DNA of 43,420 nucleotides, from contig CADAAF010000010.1 of NCBI GenBank assembly GCA_902785805.1, positions 1-43,420 of the forward strand, given 5' to 3'. A program made the position numbers and the translations under genes. Each line of letters starts with the position of its first letter. The first letter of the stretch is position 1. Origin of the DNA: an uncultured Bacteroidales bacterium. GTDB taxonomy: Bacteria > Bacteroidota > Bacteroidia > Bacteroidales > Paludibacteraceae. Shown in pieces: positions 36,881 to 43,420 of the stretch. A model generated the notes under the pieces. That model ran no database searches and was not told where the DNA came from. It saw only the letters and a list, made by a program, of their open reading frames with translations.

Positions 36881-39175
36881 ATGAGTAAGAATTTAGTTAT
36901 AGTCGAGTCTCCGACGAAAGCGGGGACAATAGGCAAGTTTCTCGGGAAAGAATATGTGGTTCTTTCCTCTCGCGGTCATATCCGCGACATCGAGAACGAA
37001 GGCAAACACAGTATAGGCATCGATTTTGCTAACGGTTATGCCCCCCACTACGTGATAGACGAGCAGAAACAGCACCTTATCAACACGCTAAAGCAAGAGG
37101 TGCAGAAAGCGGACAAGGTGTGGCTTGCGAGCGATGAGGATCGCGAGGGAGAGGCCATAGCTTGGCACTTGCAGCAGGTTCTTGCCTTGCCGGAAAAGGA
37201 GAAGAACCGTATTGTGTTTCATGAGATTACGAAGACTGCCATCCAAGAGGCGTTGGCTCATCCGCGAGCGATAGACTACAATCTGGTAAATGCGCAGCAG
37301 GCTCGCCGCGTAGTGGACAGGATAGTGGGATACGAACTCAGTCCGGTGTTATGGCGCAAGGTTACGTCGGGTTTGAGTGCGGGCAGAGTCCAGTCGGTAG
37401 CTGTTCGTCTGATAGTGGAGCGTGAGCGCGAGATAGACTCGTTTGACATGAAGGCGCAGTACCGCGTGACGGCAGACTTCACGGGTAAAACGTCTGAAGG
37501 CAAGAACGTTACGCTGCATACGGAACTCAACCACCGTTTCAATACGCAGGCGGAGGCGGAGGCTTTTCTTCAGAGTTGTGCGTCAGCCGACTTCGCTATC
37601 TCTTCTATAACCCACAAGCCGACCAAGCGCAGTCCTGCTCCGCCATTCACCACGTCCACCTTGCAGCAGGAGGCCGCCCGCAAGCTGCATTATACTCCGA
37701 GCCGCACAATGCGTCTGGCTCAGGCTCTGTATGAGGCGGGACATATCACTTATATGCGTACGGACTCTGTGAATCTCAGTACGTTGGCATTGGGGACAGC
37801 CAAAGAGGCAATCATTGCTGCTTTCGGCGAGACATATCACAAGTCGCGTCAGTACCATACCTCTACCAAGGGTGCTCAGGAGGCTCACGAGGCCATCCGT
37901 CCGACGTTCATAGCCACCGAGCAAGCGGGTGCGACCGCCGAACAACGGCGGCTGTACGAACTGATTCGCAAGCGCACGTTAGCCAGCCAGATGGCCGATG
38001 CGCAGATAGACAACACACGCATAGAGGTTACGGCGAACGGGCTGGCATATATCTTTGTGGCAACGGGCGAAGTGGTAGTGTTTGACGGTTTTATGCGTGC
38101 ATACGTACAAGATACGGACGAGGAGAAAGAGGATACGAAGGCATTGCCTCCGATGCAGAACCTGACACCGCTGACCACGAAGATGATACAAGCGCGTATG
38201 GCTTTCACCAAGCCGCCGATGCGTTATACCGAAGCGTCCTTAGTCAAGCGGTTGGAGGAGTTGGGTATAGGCCGTCCTTCCACCTACGCGACCATTACAG
38301 ACACCATCCAGCAACGGCAATACGTCAAGAAAGGCGATGTGCAAGGGAAGAAAAGGGCGATAGACGTGCTGACCCTCAAAGGCGGAAAGATAGCCCAAGA
38401 GACAGTGGAAGAGACCTACGGACAAGACAAGGACAAACTGCTGCCGACCGATTTGGGACAACTGACCAACGACTTTCTTGTGGCAAGTTTTCCCGAGATA
38501 ATGAGTTACGACTTTACCGCCAAGGAGGAGGAGCAGTTCGACCGCGTAGCCGAGGGTGAAGCGGACTGGGTGCAGACCGTGGATAGTTTCTACAAGACTT
38601 TTCATCCCGCTATCGAGCGCATTCCGAAAGGCAAAATGGAAGCGCGTCTGCTTGGCAATGACCCTGCGACGGGCGAGCCTGTCTTTGCGAAAGTGAGCCG
38701 CGTGGGACCCTGCATCCAGATAGGTACGGCAGAGGGTGACAAACCCCGCTTCGCCTCATTGGAACAAGGGCAGTCGATATTCTCCATTACGTTGGAAGAG
38801 GCTTTGCGGCTGTTCCACAAGCAGCCGACAGGTCCGCTGATGCTGTTGGACGGGAAGGAAGTGACAGTAGGTGCAGGCCGCTTCGGTCCGTATATCCGTT
38901 ATGACGGTAAGTTCTATTCCGTGCCTAAAGGCAAAGACGGCTCGCAGATGAGCGAAGCGGAAATACGGCAACTCATCGAGCAGAAAGACAATCTGAACAA
39001 GCCTATCCACGAATGGGGCGACATGCAGGTACTACGGGGTCGTTTCGGTCCGTACCTGAAAGATGCGACCGGTAATTACCGTCTGCCGAAAGGCGTGGAT
39101 GCGGAAGCCTTGACGGAAGATGAATGCCGCAAGATAATAGCCTCGTCGCAGCCGACGAACAAGAAGAAACGCTGA
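36881..39175 (+). CDS. topA: DNA topoisomerase I (type IA)
   Basis: The N-terminal Toprim domain MSKNLVIVESPTKAGTIGKFLG starts at ATG 36881, and ASDEDREGEAIAWH is present. The active-site region is YEAGHITYMRTDS. C-terminal repeats (GRFGPYI...) follow. Confidence 0.93.
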   Translation: MSKNLVIVESPTKAGTIGKFLGKEYVVLSSRGHIRDIENEGKHSIGIDFANGYAPHYVIDEQKQHLINTLKQEVQKADKVWLASDEDREGEAIAWHLQQVLALPEKEKNRIVFHEITKTAIQEALAHPRAIDYNLVNAQQARRVVDRIVGYELSPVLWRKVTSGLSAGRVQSVAVRLIVEREREIDSFDMKAQYRVTADFTGKTSEGKNVTLHTELNHRFNTQAEAEAFLQSCASADFAISSITHKPTKRSPAPPFTTSTLQQEAARKLHYTPSRTMRLAQALYEAGHITYMRTDSVNLSTLALGTAKEAIIAAFGETYHKSRQYHTSTKGAQEAHEAIRPTFIATEQAGATAEQRRLYELIRKRTLASQMADAQIDNTRIEVTANGLAYIFVATGEVVVFDGFMRAYVQDTDEEKEDTKALPPMQNLTPLTTKMIQARMAFTKPPMRYTEASLVKRLEELGIGRPSTYATITDTIQQRQYVKKGDVQGKKRAIDVLTLKGGKIAQETVEETYGQDKDKLLPTDLGQLTNDFLVASFPEIMSYDFTAKEEEQFDRVAEGEADWVQTVDSFYKTFHPAIERIPKGKMEARLLGNDPATGEPVFAKVSRVGPCIQIGTAEGDKPRFASLEQGQSIFSITLEEALRLFHKQPTGPLMLLDGKEVTVGAGRFGPYIRYDGKFYSVPKGKDGSQMSEAEIRQLIEQKDNLNKPIHEWGDMQVLRGRFGPYLKDATGNYRLPKGVDAEALTEDECRKIIASSQPTNKKKR

Positions 39176-39190
39176 TAAAAAGAGAACGAT

Positions 39191-39532
39191 ATGTTTCTGC
39201 AAATACTGAAATCAAAGATTCACCGCGTAACGGTAACGGAAGCCGACTTGAATTATGTCGGTTCGATTACGATAGACGAAGACCTGATGGATGCCGCGCA
39301 TATATTGAGCGGCGAGAAAGTGAGTGTGGTGGACGTGACCAACGGTGCGCGTTTGGAGACCTACACTATTCCCGGCAAGCGCGGGAGCGGGTGTATCTGT
39401 ATGAACGGTGCTGCGGCTCACCTGATGAAAAAGGGCGATGTGGTCATCATTATGGCATACGCACTGATGACCGAAGAAGAAGCCCGCAGTTTCCGCCCTG
39501 CCATTATTTTCCCTACCGACAACCGTCTCTGA
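39191..39532 (+). CDS. panD: Aspartate 1-decarboxylase
   Basis: [36 protein letters not shown] carries the G-S self-processing site. Length 113 aa. Confidence 0.92.
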   Translation: MFLQILKSKIHRVTVTEADLNYVGSITIDEDLMDAAHILSGEKVSVVDVTNGARLETYTIPGKRGSGCICMNGAAAHLMKKGDVVIIMAYALMTEEEARSFRPAIIFPTDNRL

Positions 39533-39533
39533 T

Positions 39534-40664
39534 ATGTTCTTCAGTCTTCAGCATACCGATACGCTTTCATCCGCCCGCGCGGGCGTGGTACATACCGACC
39601 ACGGGGATATACAGACACCTATCTTTATGCCCGTGGGAACGGACGGCACGGTGAAACTGATTCATCGGCGCGAATTGGAGGACGATATACACGCGCAGAT
39701 TATTTTAGGCAATACATACCACCTCTATCTTCGTCCCGGTACGCATATCATCCATGAAGCGGGCGGTCTGCACCGTTTTGAGAACTGGAAACGTCCTATT
39801 CTGACCGATTCGGGCGGCTATCAGGTGTTCTCGTTAGCCCAACTGAGGAAGATGACGGAAGAGGGTGTGCATTTCTCGTCTCATGTGGACGGCAGGAAAC
39901 TGTTCTTCACACCTGAGAACGTGATGGACATTGAACGCGAGATAGGTGCAGACATAGTGATGGCATTCGATGAGTGTTGTCCCGGGACGGCGGATCGCAC
40001 GTATGCTCAGGCGAGTATGGAGCGTACGCATCGGTGGTTAGACCGCTGCATAGCCCGCTTCGATGCCACTCCCGACCTCTATGACTACAAGCAGCACCTC
40101 TTCCCGATAGTGCAGGGTTGTGTCTATAAGGACCTCCGTCAGGAAGCCGCCAAGCGGTTGCGCGACCTTGACAGGGACGGATATGCCATCGGAGGATTAG
40201 CAGTAGGCGAACCGACGGAGCAGATGTACGAGATGATAGAGGTGGTGAACGATATTCTGCCTACAGACAAACCCCGTTACCTGATGGGAGTCGGTACGCC
40301 GTGGAATATATTGGAGGCCATTGAGCGCGGAGTGGATATGTTCGACTGCGTGATGCCCACCCGCAACGGCCGCAACGGTATGATATTCACGATGAACGGC
40401 GTGATGAATATGCGCAATCAGAAATGGGCAGACGACTTCACGGAGTTAGACCCAGACGGCACGTGCTATGTGGATCACGACTATTCGCGCGCATACGTAA
40501 GGCATCTGATTCAGGTCAAAGAAGGACTCGGACTCTCCATCCTGAGCCTGCATAATCTGACATTCTATCTGCGGTTGGTGACAGAGGCGCGCGAGCATAT
40601 TCTGCAAGGGGACTTCAAGTCGTGGAAAGATGCACTTCTTCCCCGACTGCAACAGCGGTTATAG
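39534..40664 (+). CDS. tgt: Queuine tRNA-ribosyltransferase
   Basis: Contains TPIFMPVGT, ILTDSGGYQVFSL, GYAIGGLAVGE and the zinc-site region CVMPTRNGRNG. The ATG is 1 nt after the panD stop. Confidence 0.93.
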   Translation: MFFSLQHTDTLSSARAGVVHTDHGDIQTPIFMPVGTDGTVKLIHRRELEDDIHAQIILGNTYHLYLRPGTHIIHEAGGLHRFENWKRPILTDSGGYQVFSLAQLRKMTEEGVHFSSHVDGRKLFFTPENVMDIEREIGADIVMAFDECCPGTADRTYAQASMERTHRWLDRCIARFDATPDLYDYKQHLFPIVQGCVYKDLRQEAAKRLRDLDRDGYAIGGLAVGEPTEQMYEMIEVVNDILPTDKPRYLMGVGTPWNILEAIERGVDMFDCVMPTRNGRNGMIFTMNGVMNMRNQKWADDFTELDPDGTCYVDHDYSRAYVRHLIQVKEGLGLSILSLHNLTFYLRLVTEAREHILQGDFKSWKDALLPRLQQRL

Positions 40665-40690
40665 TCATACAGGCGGTTGGCGGTATCACT

Positions 40691-41776
40691 ATGAAATTAC
40701 TTACCCGCATAGACAGGTACATCATAGGGAAGTTCCTCGGAACATTCTTCTTTTCGATTATACTGATACTGAGTATCGGAATAGCATTTGACCTGACCGA
40801 AAAGATGGATGACTTCTACGAGTATCAACTCACTGCCAAAGAGGTGATAATGGAGTATTATATCCATTTCATTCCCTACTATATGAATATGTTCAGCCCG
40901 TTGTTCATCTTCATTTCGGTCATCTTCTTCACGAGCAAGATGGCAGGCAACAGCGAGATTATCGCTATGTTGGCATCGGGTATCAGTATCCCCCGCATCT
41001 TTCGGCCCTATATGCTTTCCGCCACGTTTCTTTTTGTGTTGCTGTTTGTATTGGCGGGGTGGATTATCCCTCCGGCATCGGGTCATTTGCTCAGTTTCCA
41101 GGACAAGTACATCGAGTCTTTTTCCATCAGCAATGCCCATAACATACAGATGGAAGTGGAACCCGGAACTATATTGTATATAGAGAGTTACCAGTTGAAG
41201 AGCAATCAAGGCTATCGTGCTTCGTTGGAGCATTTTGAGGGCAAGACCCTCACATCCCGCATTACGGCGCAACGCATCCAGTACGATTCGCTGTACCATT
41301 GGCACTTGACAGATTATACCCGTCGTGATTTCGAGGGGTTGCACGAGACACTGACACGTGGCTATCGTTTGGATACGGTTATTCCGATGCACCCTGACGA
41401 ACTGTTTGTTACGGCGATGGATGCACAGCACATGACCAATCCCGAACTGAAGCAGTATATGGACCGTCAGCGGCAGCGGGGAGCAGGCAACCTGCAGGCG
41501 TTTGAGACCGAGTGGTGGAAACGCTTTGCTTCGCCTATAGGGGCATTTATTATGACCTTGTTAGGCTTCACGATGAGTTGCCGCAAGGTCAGGGGAGGTA
41601 TGGGCAAGAACTTGGGCATAGGTATCACTCTCTCGGCTCTTTACATCCTGTTTTCGACCGTATCTTCCACCTTTTCCGTGAGTGGCGTGCTGTCGCCCTT
41701 TATGGCGGTCTGGATACCGAATATCGTGTTCCTTGTCATAGGGACGTACCTCTATATTCGCGTGAAGCGGTCGTAA
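40691..41776 (+). CDS. LptF/LptG-family (YjgP/YjgQ) LPS export permease
   Basis: The N-terminus MKLLTRIDRYIIGKFLGTFFFSIILIL starts at ATG 40691. The topology has three TM helices, a periplasmic domain and three more TM helices. The ORF-track start at 40622 overlaps tgt. Confidence 0.8.
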   Translation: MKLLTRIDRYIIGKFLGTFFFSIILILSIGIAFDLTEKMDDFYEYQLTAKEVIMEYYIHFIPYYMNMFSPLFIFISVIFFTSKMAGNSEIIAMLASGISIPRIFRPYMLSATFLFVLLFVLAGWIIPPASGHLLSFQDKYIESFSISNAHNIQMEVEPGTILYIESYQLKSNQGYRASLEHFEGKTLTSRITAQRIQYDSLYHWHLTDYTRRDFEGLHETLTRGYRLDTVIPMHPDELFVTAMDAQHMTNPELKQYMDRQRQRGAGNLQAFETEWWKRFASPIGAFIMTLLGFTMSCRKVRGGMGKNLGIGITLSALYILFSTVSSTFSVSGVLSPFMAVWIPNIVFLVIGTYLYIRVKRS

Positions 41777-41818
41777 AGCCGCGTGCTATGTTAGTTTTAA
41801 TCGCTTAATAACCACATT

Positions 41819-43420
41819 ATGAAGAAACTTGTTTTGTTTGCCTGCCTGTTGCTCGTTGTGAGTGCTTGCAGAAAAGACCACAAGCCCAACCTCGTCAATC
41901 AGCATGTTGATTTTGCCTGTGTGCACGTGTCCGACTCTTTCTGGTCGCCTCGGTTGGAGCGAGTGGCGCGTGTCACAATACCCGTATGCATAGACCAGAC
42001 AGAGGTGCAGACAGGGCGTATCCGCAACTTTGAGAACGCTGCCAAAGGCGAAGGCAGGCACTCCGGCATCTTCTTCGACGATTCGGATGTCTATAAGGCG
42101 TTGGAGGCGATTGCTTACAGCCTGATTAACTATCCCGATTCGGCGATGGAGGCAAAAGCGGATGATTGGATAGCCAAGATTGCCGCCGCACAACAGCCGG
42201 ACGGCTATATCAACACTTTCTATACCCTCACAGGTTTGGACAAACGCTGGACCGATATGGACAAGCACGAGATGTACTGTGCCGGACACTTGAAGACACT
42301 CCTATTAGAGGTCGGCAGAAGGATGGCGGAGCATATAATGTCGGTCTTCAACGGGCAGGCTCGTCATTGGGTGCCCGGGCACGAGGAGATAGAACTGGCT
42401 ATGGTCAAGCTGTATGAAGAGACTCGCGAGAGCAAGTATTTGGATTATGCCTATTGGCTCCTTTCGCAGCGCGGACACGGCTACGGCTACACCGAGAACG
42501 GCATCAAGGACTCTCTTAACCAATGGAATGCGCCTTATTATCAAGACGCTGTGCCGGTGTGCGACCTGCGCAGTATATCGGGTCATGCTGTACGCTCGAT
42601 GTATCTCTATTGCGGCATGTGCGATGTAGCGGCGCGCATCGCCGGAACGGGCTATGAAGAGGCTCTTGACACTCTCTGGGAGGATGTCACTGCACGCAAT
42701 ATGTATGTCACAGGCGGCATAGGTGTGGCTTATTGCACAGAGGGCTTTGCCAACGACTACGAACTGCCCAACAAGGAAGCCTATTGCGAGACCTGTGCTT
42801 CGGTGGGCATGGCTTTGTGGAACAGCCGTATGGCGGAGCGCACGGGCGATGCCAAGTATTACGACATCTTGGAGCGCAGCGTCTATAACGCGATGCTGGC
42901 AGGCATCAATCTGGAGGGCAACCTCTTCTTCTATGTCAATCCTCTTGCCTCTGAAGGCGACCATCACCGCAAACCGTGGTTCGGTTGTGCGTGCTGCCCG
43001 TCGAACATCTGCCGCTTTATGGCTTCGTTGGGCAACTATATCTACGCGACCAACGACACAGCGCTCTATGTCAATCTTTATATCGGCAACGAGGCTGCTT
43101 TCAAGGTCGGGAATGAAGATGTGTCTTTGGCTGTAACGACCCGCTATCCGTGGGAGGGGAAGACGGATATTGTTTTCCGCAGCGGCATGCAGAAAAGTCT
43201 GATGCTGCGTGTCCCGGATTGGTGCAAGCACTACACGCTTTCGGTCAATGGCGAGCAGACGGAGGCGGCGGTTAGGAACGGCTATGCATATATTAAGAGG
43301 AACTGGCAGGAGGGTGATAAGGTGTCTATCTGTTTTGATATGCCCGTTACGCTTGTTGCTGCTGACCCGCGTGTGAAAGCCGATGAGGGACGGCGTGCCG
43401 TGCAGCGCGGACCGTTGGTC
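41819..43420 (+). CDS. Glycoside hydrolase family 127 (beta-L-arabinofuranosidase-like, DUF1680) lipoprotein, 3'-truncated by the window edge
   Basis: This gene is not in the supplied ORF track. I read frame 2 from ATG 41819 to nt 43420 (534 codons) and found no stop. Lipobox in MKKLVLFACLLLVVSAC. GH127 hallmarks are GRIRNFENAA, HEMYCAGHL, PGHEEIELAMVKLY, EAYCETCASVGMALW and WFGCACCPSNICR (Cys/Glu zinc-site and nucleophile region). Confidence 0.8.
   Translation, partial: MKKLVLFACLLLVVSACRKDHKPNLVNQHVDFACVHVSDSFWSPRLERVARVTIPVCIDQTEVQTGRIRNFENAAKGEGRHSGIFFDDSDVYKALEAIAYSLINYPDSAMEAKADDWIAKIAAAQQPDGYINTFYTLTGLDKRWTDMDKHEMYCAGHLKTLLLEVGRRMAEHIMSVFNGQARHWVPGHEEIELAMVKLYEETRESKYLDYAYWLLSQRGHGYGYTENGIKDSLNQWNAPYYQDAVPVCDLRSISGHAVRSMYLYCGMCDVAARIAGTGYEEALDTLWEDVTARNMYVTGGIGVAYCTEGFANDYELPNKEAYCETCASVGMALWNSRMAERTGDAKYYDILERSVYNAMLAGINLEGNLFFYVNPLASEGDHHRKPWFGCACCPSNICRFMASLGNYIYATNDTALYVNLYIGNEAAFKVGNEDVSLAVTTRYPWEGKTDIVFRSGMQKSLMLRVPDWCKHYTLSVNGEQTEAAVRNGYAYIKRNWQEGDKVSICFDMPVTLVAADPRVKADEGRRAVQRGPLV

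Noticed and set aside
39124-39654. 176-aa ORF overlapping the end of topA, all of panD and the start of tgt in another frame.
   Set aside because: All three overlapped genes have unambiguous family signatures in their own frames. The ORF translation is Arg/Cys-rich nonsense.
42270-42330. Impression that the GH127 protein is a dozen residues short just after the HEMYCAGHL motif, compared with my memory of characterised GH127 enzymes.
   Set aside because: This rests only on an imprecise recollection of the family alignment. The zinc-site and nucleophile motifs (EAYCETC and GCACCPSN) are intact and the frame is open. It cannot be supported without a real alignment.
1-43420. Looked for tRNA, rRNA or tmRNA genes, transposases, integrases, toxin-antitoxin pairs, restriction-modification or other defence genes, and invertible-promoter inverted repeats.
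   Set aside because: Apart from the gaps discussed above (4253..4850, 6216..6605, 27185..27563, 36651..36880), the intergenic gaps are too short for RNA genes, and those four show no cloverleaf-like structure. No ORF has recombinase, transposase or defence-type motifs. The only inverted repeat in the 27185..27563 control region (ATTTTGCAC at 27258..27266 and GTGCAAAAT at 27306..27314) is 9 bp and does not bracket a promoter.

Overview
Chromosomal window from a Bacteroidales-type genome. The taxon is an inference from the T9SS por/gld genes, Bacteroides-style TTTG/TAnnTTTG promoters and lipoprotein-rich surface genes; it looks Prevotellaceae-like. Most of the window is housekeeping. dnaA lies on the minus strand. 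A long plus-strand run follows: SAM methyltransferase, PduO-type adenosyltransferase, DUF2795, the T9SS core operon porP-porK-porL-porM-porN, ftsX, DUF3098, uppP, truB, queA, ung, polA and hflX. Later come topA, panD, tgt, an LptF/G permease and a 3'-truncated GH127 gene that is absent from the ORF track because it runs off the window. Two accessory surface-protein regions stand out. (1) nt 1-4252 holds two adjacent secreted proteins that share a 27-aa C-terminal tail. A tightly packed 43-aa ORF sits between them, and the second gene is frameshifted. (2) nt 22722-36650, between hflX and topA, holds two divergent operons. The minus-strand operon encodes an unknown 512-aa lipoprotein, a compact TonB-dependent receptor and a DUF4249 lipoprotein. 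The plus-strand operon encodes a 129-aa acidic protein with a sorting-signal-like C-terminus and a 2,880-aa Cys-rich BspA/DUF285-type LRR protein with a canonical T9SS C-terminal domain. A phased 11-nt x ~7.6 tandem repeat array sits almost exactly midway between the two predicted promoters. This shared control region with its partner genes is the best candidate here for something undescribed. Other points are a PolA with only a vestigial 3'-5' exonuclease region and unexplained repeats and hairpins in the ~600-nt non-coding stretch 3' of dnaA. I saw no rRNA, tRNA, CRISPR, transposase or integrase. All family calls rest on motif recognition by eye, not on searches.
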